Of a stretch of DNA of 64,000 nt, positions 39,776 to 50,778 are shown in pieces. The notes below the pieces were generated by a model that saw only the letters and a list, made by a program, of their open reading frames with translations, was not told the origin of the DNA and ran no database searches. The position numbers and the translations under genes were made by a program. The stretch's first letter is position 1, and each line of letters begins with the position of its first letter. Origin of the DNA: Nitrosopumilus sp. (GTDB taxonomy: Archaea; Thermoproteota; Nitrososphaeria; Nitrososphaerales; Nitrosopumilaceae); the NCBI GenBank assembly GCA_963667665.2, contig OY763927.2:1504001-1568000 (forward strand), given 5' to 3'.

Positions 39776-41098
39776 TTATCTCAATTTGACGTATTCGTAA
39801 GCACCTAATTTATTATCAAAACAGAATTTGACTTTTTGATAATTTTTTCTCAATGCTTTAACTTTTGGAAGTAACTTCTTTGGGTCCTTTTTCTCAATCA
39901 CTACTTGTTTAATCAAAGATGCAATTTCCTGCATCTCATTCTTTTTCATTCCAAGTCGTGTAATTTCAGAAACTCCTAATCTAATTCCACTAGGATGAAA
40001 ATAATTTCTTCCTGCCTTAATATCTCCTGGAATAAGTTGTCTGTTAACAATGATGTTAGCTTTTTCTAAATCAGCTTCTACTTTTCCACCATCAAAATAA
40101 TCTAAAACATTGACTGCAATTTGATGTGATTCTGTAAATCCTCTATTTTCTCCTAATACCTTGAATCCCATATCACTCAAAGCCTCTGCAAATAACTTCG
40201 CATTTTTAATTACTTGAGTTGCATAATCTTTTCCAAACTCTAAGGCTTCTGCAAAGGCAATTGCTTTTCCAGCCATATGATGAATGTGATGACTACTTGT
40301 AAGACCTGGAAACGTTGCTTTTTTGATAACCTCTTCATGCTCTTCAGATCCTAAAACTAGTCCTCCTTGAGGTCCAAACAAAGTTTTATGCGTACTCATA
40401 GTCATAGTATCTGCACCTTCTCGTAAGGGGTCTTGGAATTTTCCACCAGCAATTAATCCAGCAACATGAGCTGCATCATAATTAATGTGCATATCATAAC
40501 TCTTTAGAAAATCTGATAATTCTTTGACAGGATGTGGAAACAAGAATAATGAACCACCAAACATTGCCATCTTTGGAAGACGACCATCTTTTTTTAGGGC
40601 CTTTACTTTCTGTTTTGTCTTATCAACATCAATTGTCATTTCTTCAGCATTAAATGGATAGAACTCTATCTCTAATCCATGAACTAAACCGGCAGTTCCA
40701 AAATGCTCCTTTTTACCATGTGAAATATGTCCACCTGCAGGAATAGAAGGTGCCAGCATTACATCACCTGGATTAGTAAAAGAAGAATACACTACAAGAT
40801 TTGCAACAACTCCTGAAATTGGTCTTACATCAACAAATTTTGCTTTGTATAATTTTTTTGCCAATTTCATACATTCAAACTCTACATCATCAATGTAGAT
40901 ACAACCAGCATACACCCTTTCTCCAGGCCATCCTTCAGCATATCTATTACCAAAATCTGAAATTATTGCTTCTCGAACAGCAGGACTTGGAATATTTTCA
41001 CTTGCAATCAATGGAATTGAATTTTCAAACCATTTGTGATGTTCTTTTAATTTAGCGAAAATTTTATCGTAAGATTCTTTATTTTGTGACTTTACCAT
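39776..41098 (-). CDS. glyA: serine hydroxymethyltransferase
   Basis: LIASEN, YAEG, GGHISHG, STHKT. Confidence 0.96.
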   Translation of the reverse strand: MVKSQNKESYDKIFAKLKEHHKWFENSIPLIASENIPSPAVREAIISDFGNRYAEGWPGERVYAGCIYIDDVEFECMKLAKKLYKAKFVDVRPISGVVANLVVYSSFTNPGDVMLAPSIPAGGHISHGKKEHFGTAGLVHGLEIEFYPFNAEEMTIDVDKTKQKVKALKKDGRLPKMAMFGGSLFLFPHPVKELSDFLKSYDMHINYDAAHVAGLIAGGKFQDPLREGADTMTMSTHKTLFGPQGGLVLGSEEHEEVIKKATFPGLTSSHHIHHMAGKAIAFAEALEFGKDYATQVIKNAKLFAEALSDMGFKVLGENRGFTESHQIAVNVLDYFDGGKVEADLEKANIIVNRQLIPGDIKAGRNYFHPSGIRLGVSEITRLGMKKNEMQEIASLIKQVVIEKKDPKKLLPKVKALRKNYQKVKFCFDNKLGAYEYVKLR

Positions 41099-41201
41099 AT
41101 TTTGAAATTTGATTTTCCCAATTTAAAAACACCGATACTGCCTCAGATTTACACGATCTGATCTGCAAGGTATAAAAGGGGAATCTAGAGTTTCAGCATC
41201 T

Positions 41202-42923
41202 ATGGGTATGCAAGCCACTTCTAAGGGCACTATGCCAGTTGTATTGCTAAAAGAAGGCGGTACAGAAACTAAAGGCAGAGATGCACAAAAGAATAACATT
41301 GCTGCATGCAAAATTATTGCTGAGATTGTTCAAACCAGCCTAGGTCCACGAGGCATGGATAAAATGCTAGTTGACTCTTTAGGAGATGTTACTATTACTA
41401 ATGATGGTGCAACCATTCTAAAAGAAATTGATGTTCAACATCCAGCTGCAAAAATGCTAGTTGAAATTTCTAAAACTACTGACAATGAAGTAGGAGATGG
41501 TACAACTTCAGTCGTTGTGTTGGCAGGTGCTTTACTTGATAACGCTGAATTATTAATTGATCAAGATGTTCATCCAACAATTATTGTTGATGGTTATAGA
41601 AAAGCTGCAAAAAAGGCAAAACAGTTTCTTGAAAGTATTTCTGATAAAGTATCTGCAAATGACAAAAACATTCTAACCAAAATTGCAAAAACCTCAATGC
41701 AAACTAAACTTGTTAGAAAAGATTCTGATCAACTTGCAGAAATTGTTGTAAAGTCTATCCTTGCTGTTTCAGAAAAAAATGGTGAAACTTACAATGTTGA
41801 TATTGATGATATTAAAGTAGAAAAGAAGGCTGGTGGTTCTATCAAAGATATGATGATTATTCAGGGTATTGTTCTTGACAAAGAAATTGTTAATGGAGGA
41901 ATGCCTACTAGAATTACTGAAGCTAAAATTGCATTAATTAATACCGCATTAGAAATTAGTAAAACTGAAACTGATGCAAAAATTAACATTTCAAATCCTC
42001 AACAACTTAAAGCATTTCTAGATGAAGAAAACAGAATGCTCAAGACAATGGTTGACAAAGTCATTGGCTCTGGGGCAAATGTGGTTTTATGTCAAAAAGG
42101 TATTGATGATATGGCACAACATTATCTAGCAAAATCTGGAATCATTGCAGTTAGAAGAATTAAAGAAAGTGATCTTGAAAAACTTTCAAGAGCAACAGGT
42201 GCCAGAATAGTTACAAACCTTGATGATCTTTTTGAAAAAGATCTAGGCAATGCAGATCTAGTTGAAGAAAGAAAAATTGAAGAAGACAAATGGGTATTTG
42301 TTGAAGGCTGCAAACATCCAAAATCAGTTACCTTACTTCTTCGTGGAGGCTCACAAAGAGTAGTTGATGAAGTTGAACGATCTGTTCATGACGCACTAAT
42401 GGTTGTAAAAGATGTAATGGAAAATCCTTCAATTGTTGCAGGTGGTGGAGCTCCTGAAACATTTGCTGCAACTAAAATAAGAAGTTGGGCAAAATCTTTG
42501 GAAGGAAGAGAACAATTAGCTGCTGAAAAATTTGCTGATGCTTTAGAATCAATTCCATTAATACTTTCAGAAAATGCTGGAATGGATCCAATTGATACGA
42601 TGACATATCTTCGTTCTAGACAACAGAAAGGAGAGAAATGGACGGGAATTGATGTTATGAAAGGAAAGATTGCTAATATGAAATCAAGTGATATTATTGA
42701 ACCACTCACAGTTAAACTTCAAATTGTATCTGCAGCATCAGAAGCTGCCTGTATGATTCTTAGAATTGATGATGTAATTGCTACCCAAAAATCTGCAGGT
42801 GGTCCACCTGGAGGAGGAGAAGGAGGAATGCCACCTGGAATGGGTGGAGGAATGCCACCTGGAATGGGTGGAGGAATGCCACCTGGAATGGGTGGAATGC
42901 CTGACATGGGCGGAATGATGTAA
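41202..42923 (+). CDS. ths: thermosome (group II chaperonin) subunit
   Basis: [25 protein letters not shown] tail. Confidence 0.97.
   Translation: MGMQATSKGTMPVVLLKEGGTETKGRDAQKNNIAACKIIAEIVQTSLGPRGMDKMLVDSLGDVTITNDGATILKEIDVQHPAAKMLVEISKTTDNEVGDGTTSVVVLAGALLDNAELLIDQDVHPTIIVDGYRKAAKKAKQFLESISDKVSANDKNILTKIAKTSMQTKLVRKDSDQLAEIVVKSILAVSEKNGETYNVDIDDIKVEKKAGGSIKDMMIIQGIVLDKEIVNGGMPTRITEAKIALINTALEISKTETDAKINISNPQQLKAFLDEENRMLKTMVDKVIGSGANVVLCQKGIDDMAQHYLAKSGIIAVRRIKESDLEKLSRATGARIVTNLDDLFEKDLGNADLVEERKIEEDKWVFVEGCKHPKSVTLLLRGGSQRVVDEVERSVHDALMVVKDVMENPSIVAGGGAPETFAATKIRSWAKSLEGREQLAAEKFADALESIPLILSENAGMDPIDTMTYLRSRQQKGEKWTGIDVMKGKIANMKSSDIIEPLTVKLQIVSAASEAACMILRIDDVIATQKSAGGPPGGGEGGMPPGMGGGMPPGMGGGMPPGMGGMPDMGGMM
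42822..42900 (+). repeat. 24-bp coding tandem repeat (GGMPPGMG x3)
   Basis: GGAGGAATGCCACCTGGAATGGGT repeated three times. Confidence 0.85.
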
Positions 42924-42979
42924 ATCATTTTGAAAAATTTTTTAAAAAGTTTATTTGATTATTACATTCATGAACAACA

Positions 42980-43258
42980 TTGAATAAAACATCGTCCAAA
43001 GTTCTTACTAGTTTTAAGTACATTTACCTAGTTGCATTTTTTACATTACTTGCTGGATTCTTTCACCCACTAATTACTAACACAAGTTATGATGGTGTAA
43101 TCATTGGCGTTTTGGTATTGTTTATGGGTCTTGCTGGGGGAGTTTTATTGTATAGAGCAGCTACGTCTGAAAAGTGGCGAGGAATATTTCTAGGAGGGGG
43201 ATTTACACTGATGGCAATTTCATTATACTATATCTTTCAGCTTACTGGAAGAGCCTAA
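42980..43258 (+). CDS. small three-TM membrane protein
   Basis: Hydrophobic 92-aa ORF. Confidence 0.7.
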   Translation: MNKTSSKVLTSFKYIYLVAFFTLLAGFFHPLITNTSYDGVIIGVLVLFMGLAGGVLLYRAATSEKWRGIFLGGGFTLMAISLYYIFQLTGRA

Positions 43259-44745
43259 ACATCAAAGTACAGATAAAATTCATGTGGATGTGGTCTAATG
43301 GCAATTTCACGTTGATCTCTTCTTTCTAATTCTATTATCTTGTCAATAACATCATTAGTGTAAATTGGATTAAGGAATTTTCTATCACTCTCTAACTCAT
43401 CTAATGCTTCACCAAGACTTTTTGGTAGAACGCCAATACCTCTTTTAGCTCTGTCTGATCTAGTCATCTTGAAGATATCATCACGTACTTGGTCTCCAGG
43501 ATCCATCTTCTTTTTGATTCCATCCATTCCCGCAGATGCCACTGCAGCAAATACAAGATATGGATTTGATGAAGGATCAGGTGCTCGAAACTCTAGTCTT
43601 TTTAGATCAGCATAGTCTTTTCCTTTGAGATGTTTTGGAACTCTGACTATCGCAGAACGATTTCCTGAGCTCCATGCAATGTATGCTGGAGCCTCATATC
43701 CCGGTACAAGTCTATGGTATGAATTAGTAGTAGGATTACAAATTGCTGATAGTGCTTTTGCATGATTAATAATTCCTCCACAAAAGTATCTACCAGTTTG
43801 ACTTAATTCAATCTCATCATCTGGATCATAAAACATGTTTTCTTTTCCTTTCCATAAACTAACATTAACATGCATTCCAGAACCTGAATCCATTGCAATT
43901 GGTTTTGGCATCATTGTTGCAACCTTTCCAAATTTCTGTGCAATATTTTTTACAACATACTTGTAGGATTGCGCAGCATCTGCAGCATTTGTTAAGAGAT
44001 CATATCTGATATCAATTTCACATTGTCCTGCAGTTGCAACTTCATGATGATGATTATCACATAATATTCCAAAATCTTTGTTCAAAATATTTACACATTC
44101 GTTTCTGTATGGTGTAAGAGTATCTGATGGTGTACTAGGATAGTATCCTTCTTGTAATCCCATTGGGTATCCATCTCCGTCTTGACTCCATGGAGCTTCT
44201 TTTGATTCAATTGAATATGACTGTCCTTTGTATGGTGTTAGAACATCCCAATGTACCTTATCAAAAGCAAAGAATTCTACCTCTGGACCCCATGTACTAA
44301 AATCAAATCCCTGTGTTTTGATATATTCTTCAGCTTTTTGAGCAATTCCTCGAGGATCTCTTGATAATCTTCCTCTATTTTCTCCCCAATAAACATCACA
44401 AAGAAGTCTAGCTGTTTTATTTTCAGTCATCCAAGGAATTATTGCAAATGTATTTGGATCTGGCTTGAGAAGTAGATCTGAATCATCAATACTAGTAAAA
44501 CCAACAATTGACGAACCATCCAATTTAGGTAATCCATCTTTCATTTGTTGAGGTGTAAACAAGTTAGCTGAAATGGTAGTATGATGAAAATGACCTGTAA
44601 GACCTGTGAATTGTAGATCAATAAACTGAATTTCTTCATGTTGAATCCTAGCGAAAACTTCATCAGGCGAATAAGTTATTGAGATTACTTTACCGTGACT
44701 AACTTTATAGGGCAATTTTTTTACTTCAATCAAACACAAATACAC
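43255..44745 (-). CDS. glnA: glutamine synthetase type I
   Basis: DGSSI, GPEVEF, HHEVA, GSGMH, RLVPGYEAP, RLEFRAPD; true start probably slightly downstream (~44715). Confidence 0.96.
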   Translation of the reverse strand: MYLCLIEVKKLPYKVSHGKVISITYSPDEVFARIQHEEIQFIDLQFTGLTGHFHHTTISANLFTPQQMKDGLPKLDGSSIVGFTSIDDSDLLLKPDPNTFAIIPWMTENKTARLLCDVYWGENRGRLSRDPRGIAQKAEEYIKTQGFDFSTWGPEVEFFAFDKVHWDVLTPYKGQSYSIESKEAPWSQDGDGYPMGLQEGYYPSTPSDTLTPYRNECVNILNKDFGILCDNHHHEVATAGQCEIDIRYDLLTNAADAAQSYKYVVKNIAQKFGKVATMMPKPIAMDSGSGMHVNVSLWKGKENMFYDPDDEIELSQTGRYFCGGIINHAKALSAICNPTTNSYHRLVPGYEAPAYIAWSSGNRSAIVRVPKHLKGKDYADLKRLEFRAPDPSSNPYLVFAAVASAGMDGIKKKMDPGDQVRDDIFKMTRSDRAKRGIGVLPKSLGEALDELESDRKFLNPIYTNDVIDKIIELERRDQREIAIRPHPHEFYLYFDV

Positions 44746-44770
44746 CCAGCATTTAAGGATTAGGTAAGAA

Positions 44771-45328
44771 ATGTCTGAATCAAATCAAATCGACATCAAC
44801 TCTTTACATCAAACAGTTTTGCTAGAAACTGAAAATGATTCTATATTAGAAATCGATCAAAACTTTTACAGGAATCTTTCTGACTTTATAGGAAATTTAA
44901 GAAAACAAGAATTTGATGGTGTAGAAAGTAAAATCAAAGATGCATTGATAGAAATGGCAACTGAATTAACATCATTACTAATACATATCAGATTAGAAAA
45001 AATTACTCAATCAAAAGACATCCAATTTGGAAATCTTTTAGATGAAGAAAAATTCATTTTGGATTCACAAGAGGAACAAAGAGAAAGGATTGAAATGATT
45101 CTTTCTGCTACAATTAACGGAAAATCAAAATTCCTTGAATCATTAGCTCAAAATCACAAAACAAAGAAAATCGTCATTAGATTTCTTAAAGAAGTAGAAG
45201 AAATTGTGGGTGCTGACCTTGAAAAATATGGTCCTTTCAAAACTGAAGATATTGCTACTATTCCATATGAAAATGCTCAGGCCTTAATTGCTAAAAATGC
45301 TGCAACTAAAATCCGTTGGGATGATTAG
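44771..45328 (+). CDS. GINS complex subunit (Gins15/51 type)
   Basis: C-terminal B-domain IRFLKEVEEIVGADLEKYGPFKTEDIATIPYENAQALI. Confidence 0.85.
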   Translation: MSESNQIDINSLHQTVLLETENDSILEIDQNFYRNLSDFIGNLRKQEFDGVESKIKDALIEMATELTSLLIHIRLEKITQSKDIQFGNLLDEEKFILDSQEEQRERIEMILSATINGKSKFLESLAQNHKTKKIVIRFLKEVEEIVGADLEKYGPFKTEDIATIPYENAQALIAKNAATKIRWDD

Positions 45329-45361
45329 ATAAAAATTATACCTGTTTTATTTTCATATTAA

Positions 45362-45646
45362 ATGTCTCATACAGGCGTAGAAGTATTCGATTTTTTATTA
45401 TTTTCAATTTATCCAGTAATTGGAATCTTTGCTATTGAAGCTATAAGCCGATTAATCAAAGCCCCAAAATGGATTAAACTGTGGGTACAAGCAGCTGTAT
45501 CAATTGGTTTTGGAGTTTACTATTGGTTTATTTTGCCTGCACCACAAAATTTCCCATTAACTGCAATGGTAATGTTTGCACTTGCTATTGCTTTAATTTA
45601 TCAAGGTAGACGCGCAAAAATTTCTCCTGAAAAAAGTCCGTACTAA
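45362..45646 (+). CDS. small membrane protein
   Basis: Three TM segments. Confidence 0.7.
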   Translation: MSHTGVEVFDFLLFSIYPVIGIFAIEAISRLIKAPKWIKLWVQAAVSIGFGVYYWFILPAPQNFPLTAMVMFALAIALIYQGRRAKISPEKSPY

Positions 45647-45885
45647 TCTTTAAATCTACTGAATATTCTTTTGAAAATATTTGGTTTGTCTCTACCACCA
45701 TCTCGTATCACTTTTTTCTCACCAAATCTTCTTGCTCTAATTTGGGTTAGCTTTACACATCTATGTTCTTCAGGTAATCTATGTTCAGCACAAAATGGAT
45801 CCTTGCAATAATTACAATGAAATGGCATATCTGTTAAATCACCACAATAAGCACATTTCTCAGACTCCATAACTTGGTTAGTCAT
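45643..45885 (-). CDS. AN1-type zinc finger protein
   Basis: CAYC and PFHCNYCKDPFCAEHRLPEEHRC. Confidence 0.9.
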   Translation of the reverse strand: MTNQVMESEKCAYCGDLTDMPFHCNYCKDPFCAEHRLPEEHRCVKLTQIRARRFGEKKVIRDGGRDKPNIFKRIFSRFKD

Positions 45886-45971
45886 TTTTTATTTAATAAA
45901 GGTGGCAGTACTTTTTTTCTAAAATGATTTAGTCTAAACGTTTTTACGATGATGGAATTGGATTAAATTAA

Positions 45972-46712
45972 ATGATTAAAGACAAAGTTGCAATAATTAC
46001 AGGAGCAAGCAGTGGTATTGGATTTGTAACTGCCTTGACATTATCAAAAGCAGGAGCTAAAGTTGCTATTGGCGCAAGACGAGTCGACAAACTAGAAGCA
46101 CTTGCAAAACAAATTACTGATAATGGTGGAGAAGTATTTTATCAAAAATTAGATGTTACACAAAGAGAAGAGTGTGATAATTTTGCAAAAGCAGTTTTAG
46201 AAAAATGGGGATCCATTGACATTCTTGTAAATAATGCAGGTTTGATGCCTCTAAGTTTCTTCAAAAGCCTCAAGGTAGATGAATGGGATAGAATGATTGA
46301 TGTGAATATCAAAGGCGTACTATATTCTACAGCCTCAGTAATTTTGCATATGAAAGAAAAAAAATCTGGACATATTGTAAATCTATCATCTGTTGCTGGA
46401 AGAATTGTTTTTCCAGCTGGTAGTGTTTATTGTGCAACAAAACATGCAATTGCAGCATTTAGTGAAGGATTAAGACAAGAATTTAGTGTACGTTCTAACA
46501 TTAGAGTAACTTCAATTGAACCTGGAGTCGTAGATACAGAACTTAATGATACTATTACTGATGAATCTTTGCAGGGATTTGTAGAGAATACAAAAAAGAT
46601 GAAAGCATTACATGCAGAAGATATTGCAAACGCAATTTTGTATGCAGTTGAATCTCCATCTCATGTTAATGTTAATGAAATTTTGATAAGACCAACAACA
46701 CAAGAACGTTAA
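45972..46712 (+). CDS. SDR oxidoreductase (YdfG-like)
   Basis: TGASSGIG, NNAG, YCATK. Confidence 0.92.
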   Translation: MIKDKVAIITGASSGIGFVTALTLSKAGAKVAIGARRVDKLEALAKQITDNGGEVFYQKLDVTQREECDNFAKAVLEKWGSIDILVNNAGLMPLSFFKSLKVDEWDRMIDVNIKGVLYSTASVILHMKEKKSGHIVNLSSVAGRIVFPAGSVYCATKHAIAAFSEGLRQEFSVRSNIRVTSIEPGVVDTELNDTITDESLQGFVENTKKMKALHAEDIANAILYAVESPSHVNVNEILIRPTTQER

Positions 46713-46731
46713 GTTAACAAATTCTAAATGA

Positions 46732-46947
46732 TTATATTTTTTCCTCCTTGTCTTTATCTTTTGATAGATGTTCTAGGATAGCTCTTACTTCAACACCAAG
46801 CTTTTGTGTGTCTATTGATAGATTTAATTTTTCAGGAATTTTATTTTTAAAATCTTCATTTTCCATTTCGATACTTCTTTTTTGAATACAATCTAAATGA
46901 TCTTGATCAGTAGCAGAAATTTTATGACAAATGTTACAAATCTTCAT
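46732..46947 (-). CDS. small Zn-finger-like protein
   Basis: CNICH and HLDC. Confidence 0.6.
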   Translation of the reverse strand: MKICNICHKISATDQDHLDCIQKRSIEMENEDFKNKIPEKLNLSIDTQKLGVEVRAILEHLSKDKDKEEKI

Positions 46948-47002
46948 TATTTTTATTAATCAATACGACGATTTAATAATTCATTTTGTGCCTGTGATAC
47001 AA

Positions 47003-47076
47003 GGGATCGTAGTCTAGCTTGGTATGATACTAGTCTGGGGGACTAGTGATCGCAGGTTCAAATCCTGCCGGTCCCA
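47003..47076 (+). tRNA. tRNA-Pro(GGG)
   Basis: Acceptor stem GGGATCG/CGGTCCC, anticodon arm CTAGT-CTGGGGG-ACTAG, T-loop GGTTCAAATCC; no encoded CCA, no intron. Confidence 0.95.
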
Positions 47077-47838
47077 TTATAATTTTAGAATTTTCAATAG
47101 TTTTTCAAAATTTTCTTGTGTCTTTTCTTGTTTGTATAGTTTTAAGATCTCAATAATTTTTTCTTTAGGCGAATTTTTGTAAATTTTTTGAGTTTTTTTT
47201 GCAATCCCTGATCCAATAAAAATTGCTTGAGTAACTGATGTAACATTTGATGATCTTCTTTTAGTGCTAGAACTTTCAAAATCAATTAAGGTGGATTTTG
47301 TTTTTCCTACAATGACATGTTTTGAAACATTGCTTAATTCACCGTGATCTAAATTTATTTGATCTAATCTATAACAGTCTTCTAAAACATTTTTGATTGT
47401 GGATTTTAATTTCTTTGTACTACCTATTCCTTTTAACACATTTACCCATTTTCTAATATCAATCCCTTCAAGATATTCCATAACTAAGAAATTTTTGCTC
47501 ACAACAAACATTTTCGGTCCAACATTTACTGAATTTGCTAATTTTAGTAAAATTGCTTCATTTTTCATTTCATTTCTTTGTGAATCGGTTCGTCTAATTT
47601 TTAATGCAACTTGTTTACTACCTTTTTTTGCTAGAACTACAACTCCGACATACCCTTTCCCTAAGACTGCTAAATTTCCAAGTGTAGTAGAACCTGTAAA
47701 TGAAATTGATTTTATTTTTAATTTCTCTAATTCATTAATTCTTGATTTAATTTGACGACTGGTTGCTCTTGGATATCCTAAAATATTTGAGTATGGCTCA
47801 TCCACAAATTTTTTAATTGAAATGAAGGAGTGTACCAT
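47077..47838 (-). CDS. RIO-like/atypical Ser/Thr protein kinase
   Basis: LGKGYVGVV, VALKIRR, HGELS, LIDFES. Confidence 0.85.
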   Translation of the reverse strand: MVHSFISIKKFVDEPYSNILGYPRATSRQIKSRINELEKLKIKSISFTGSTTLGNLAVLGKGYVGVVVLAKKGSKQVALKIRRTDSQRNEMKNEAILLKLANSVNVGPKMFVVSKNFLVMEYLEGIDIRKWVNVLKGIGSTKKLKSTIKNVLEDCYRLDQINLDHGELSNVSKHVIVGKTKSTLIDFESSSTKRRSSNVTSVTQAIFIGSGIAKKTQKIYKNSPKEKIIEILKLYKQEKTQENFEKLLKILKL

Positions 47839-49144
47839 CTGTTGAAATCAACTCACTTGCAGCCTCTTTAATTGATTTGCTTAAATTTTTACTTCCTATT
47901 GAAACCTCGAAACCTCGTTTGAAATCACTTTGAAGACCTTTTGGTATGTCTGTTCGAAGATTCTTTTTCAAAAACTCTATCATAAATTTGACTGCTTCAG
48001 TATGTTTTCTTTTTTCTAATGAAATTATTTTTTTATTTTTTCCGATCCACATCAATTCTGTATTTGCAAGATTTTTTGAAATAAAACTATTTGAACTATT
48101 TTCTCTAAAATATTCTGGTCCATTTTTTTGATACATTTTTGAAATTTTTGTAGATTCTAACAAGAAAAAGAGATAGGCTTCTTTTTGTTGATCTGTATGA
48201 GGTTTACTTCTTAGTACGTCAAATCCTCCTAATTCTAATTGAGTAGACAATGATGAAGTGGCTCTTTTAATTTGTCCCCATATTATATCTGAGCTTCTAA
48301 TTTTAAAGTCAAATTTTATCACCAACAAATTTTCCCAATGTTTTTTTGAAATTATTGATTTTTTATCCTTGAAGAATCCTATTGTAGATTTTTCTTTAAA
48401 TGTTCTAGAAACAAGAATGAATTTTCCAAGATTTTCATCAGATATTGCAGCAGCTAAGTTTCTATCATCATCAATTGGATCTATAATCACTATTGATGTT
48501 CCAAATTTCTTTGAAGTCTTTCCAATAATTTGATTTTCTTTAATTCCTGATATTGATTTGATTACATTTTCAAAACTTCCAAAATTTAAGATTAAAACTT
48601 CTGAAACATATCCACTAAATCCTTGCTTTGCAATTTCAGCTCCATAAATTTTGTTTGACTTGAAAAATGTTTTTAAAATTCTAACATCGTTTCTCATTTT
48701 GGATGTTAGTGATTTTTTCATAAATTTTGTATGAAATGGAGATCTATCAGCAGCACTTTTCCACTCTCCAATTTTTACATCATAAAATGGTACAACATTG
48801 ATCTTAGTATTCTTTATTTTAGCCTCAACATATGGATGCTCAGAATATCTAACATATGGAGAATATTTTCTCAATGATTGAAAACCAATTTTTTTTGAGA
48901 TCTTTTCAAATTTTTCTTCTGATGTTGATTTCTTGAATCTGATAAAAATATCTATATCTGCATCTTTTGATAACCAAGTACCTTTTGCATATGAACCACC
49001 AAATTCCAATCCTGTAACTTGTGAAAATTTCTTAGTTTCTTTTTCAATTAAGTTAAATGCTAATTCAGCAATTTGTTTTTTTGACTTCTCTGTTATTTTT
49101 GATGGAATGACAAATTTAGAAATTTTAGAAATAATTTGTTTCAT
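47813..49144 (-). CDS. cca: CCA-adding tRNA nucleotidyltransferase (class I)
   Basis: GSYAKGTWLSKDADIDIF, SAADRSPFH, GFSGY. Confidence 0.95.
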   Translation of the reverse strand: MKQIISKISKFVIPSKITEKSKKQIAELAFNLIEKETKKFSQVTGLEFGGSYAKGTWLSKDADIDIFIRFKKSTSEEKFEKISKKIGFQSLRKYSPYVRYSEHPYVEAKIKNTKINVVPFYDVKIGEWKSAADRSPFHTKFMKKSLTSKMRNDVRILKTFFKSNKIYGAEIAKQGFSGYVSEVLILNFGSFENVIKSISGIKENQIIGKTSKKFGTSIVIIDPIDDDRNLAAAISDENLGKFILVSRTFKEKSTIGFFKDKKSIISKKHWENLLVIKFDFKIRSSDIIWGQIKRATSSLSTQLELGGFDVLRSKPHTDQQKEAYLFFLLESTKISKMYQKNGPEYFRENSSNSFISKNLANTELMWIGKNKKIISLEKRKHTEAVKFMIEFLKKNLRTDIPKGLQSDFKRGFEVSIGSKNLSKSIKEAASELISTDGTLLHFN

Positions 49145-49683
49145 TTTACTGCTTTAATCTCCTCTAAATCAGAATAGATTGGTCCTTTTGATGTAAGTTC
49201 ACTTTTTTTCAATTTGATACTAGTTACTTCTTGTATTCCAAAATCTATCATTTTTTGACTATCCAATTCTTTTGTTATATTTCCTACCTTCTTTTTAATT
49301 CTAAATACTGTGATATGAGGTTTGAATGGCTTGTCTGAAAAAAATCCCAAAGGTTCTAACACTTTTTCAACTTTTTTTGATAACTGAATTAGCATGTTTC
49401 CTCCATTATCATCTGTTCCTATCCAAATTACTCTTGGAAATTTAGGTTTAGGAAATGCACCAGTTCCTTTCAAGTTTACACTAAAACTTGAAAATTCAAT
49501 TTTACGAAGAGCTTGGATGATTTTTTGTAAGATCTCTTCTGATACTTCACCTAAAAATTGTAATGTAAAATGAAAATTCCTTGATTCCACGGGTTTAGCA
49601 TCAATGTTAATTTTGGTTTGAAATTTTTTTATGGAATTGATTATATCATTATTTGAGATTTCAATTGCTACAAAAGTTCGCAT
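49141..49683 (-). CDS. thpR: RNA 2',3'-cyclic phosphodiesterase
   Basis: Two HxT motifs (HFTL, HITV), PRVIWIG. Confidence 0.92.
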   Translation of the reverse strand: MRTFVAIEISNNDIINSIKKFQTKINIDAKPVESRNFHFTLQFLGEVSEEILQKIIQALRKIEFSSFSVNLKGTGAFPKPKFPRVIWIGTDDNGGNMLIQLSKKVEKVLEPLGFFSDKPFKPHITVFRIKKKVGNITKELDSQKMIDFGIQEVTSIKLKKSELTSKGPIYSDLEEIKAVK

Positions 49684-49755
49684 TATAACATTTTTTGAAG
49701 TATCTTTATAATAATTTCCGGTAGCTTCATAGACGAGACTCTTTTTTGTTAAGTA

Positions 49756-50301
49756 TTGACAAAACTAATTGTATGCTTAACAGGCATGCCAGGTGCTGGT
49801 AAATCCACTATTGCTGAAGGATTGAAACTAAAAGGATATGATATTATCAATATGGGAAATGCTGTCAGAGAAGAAGCAAAAACAAGAAACTTAGAATCAA
49901 CTGGTCCAAATCTTGGAAAATTAATGCTTGAGCTTAGAGAAAAAAATGGTCCTGGTGCAATAGCAGAATTGATTAAACCACAAATAGAATCCTCTACTGC
50001 AAGTGTGATTCTAATTGATGGAGTTAGGTCTACTGATGAAATACAGGTACTTAGAAAACTTGGTAGTGTAAAACTTCTTGCAATTCATGCATCAACTGAT
50101 ACTAGATTTGATTTTTTACAAAAAAGAGGAAGATCAGATGATCCTCAAACAAAAGACAACTTTGAAGAAAGAGACAATCGTGAATTAGGGGTTGGACTTA
50201 GTAAACCAATTGCATTATCTGATTATGCAATATCAAACATTGGTTTAACGAAAGACCAGTTAATAGAAACTGCCTTTAAAATCATTCAAAGTTGGATATA
50301 A
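49756..50301 (+). CDS. archaeal dephospho-CoA kinase-like P-loop kinase
   Basis: GMPGAGKS, IDGVRS, RGRSDD, RDNREL. Confidence 0.8.
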   Translation: MTKLIVCLTGMPGAGKSTIAEGLKLKGYDIINMGNAVREEAKTRNLESTGPNLGKLMLELREKNGPGAIAELIKPQIESSTASVILIDGVRSTDEIQVLRKLGSVKLLAIHASTDTRFDFLQKRGRSDDPQTKDNFEERDNRELGVGLSKPIALSDYAISNIGLTKDQLIETAFKIIQSWI

Positions 50302-50708
50302 TGAAAATTCCAAGTGTTAGTTGCAAAATAGAAATGTTTTGTTCAGTAAATCCTTCTGAGGATCCAAAAAAAATCAAAAAAGCAATTTCAAATATTTTTA
50401 CAAACTCAACTATTAAAACTGAAACTTTTTCAATTAGTGCTCAATCTAAAAATCTAAAGTCTTTAGAAATAATTTATGAAACAATTCATACGAAACAATC
50501 TCAAAAAATCTATAGACGTAACCTTGAAAAAAATTTAGAAAATAATACTACTTGGTTTTATCTAAATAAACAAGCAGCTTTTGTTGAAAAAATAGCAATT
50601 TGTGAAGAAGCAAACGAATCCCCTCTAGGACCAATTAAAGTGATCCTGACTTCATCTAATATTGATAGAATTATTGATTGGTTTGTTTCTAGGTATGATG
50701 AAACTTAG
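50301..50708 (+). CDS. DUF54/UPF0201 RNA-binding protein
   Basis: PSEDPKKIKKAI, LNKQAA, SPLGPI. Confidence 0.85.
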   Translation: MKIPSVSCKIEMFCSVNPSEDPKKIKKAISNIFTNSTIKTETFSISAQSKNLKSLEIIYETIHTKQSQKIYRRNLEKNLENNTTWFYLNKQAAFVEKIAICEEANESPLGPIKVILTSSNIDRIIDWFVSRYDET

Positions 50709-50778
50709 CTAAGAAAATTCAATCATTGTTGAATATTTTTTTAGTTTGAATCTAAAATCCTTTTTTTAGAATTAGTAT

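Noticed and set aside
42822-42920. GC-rich repeat as an RNA element or mobile element
   Set aside because: Encodes the ordinary GGM-rich chaperonin tail
47003-47076. tRNA-Pro as an integration site
   Set aside because: No duplicated tRNA 3' end or integrase seen nearby; flanked by housekeeping genes
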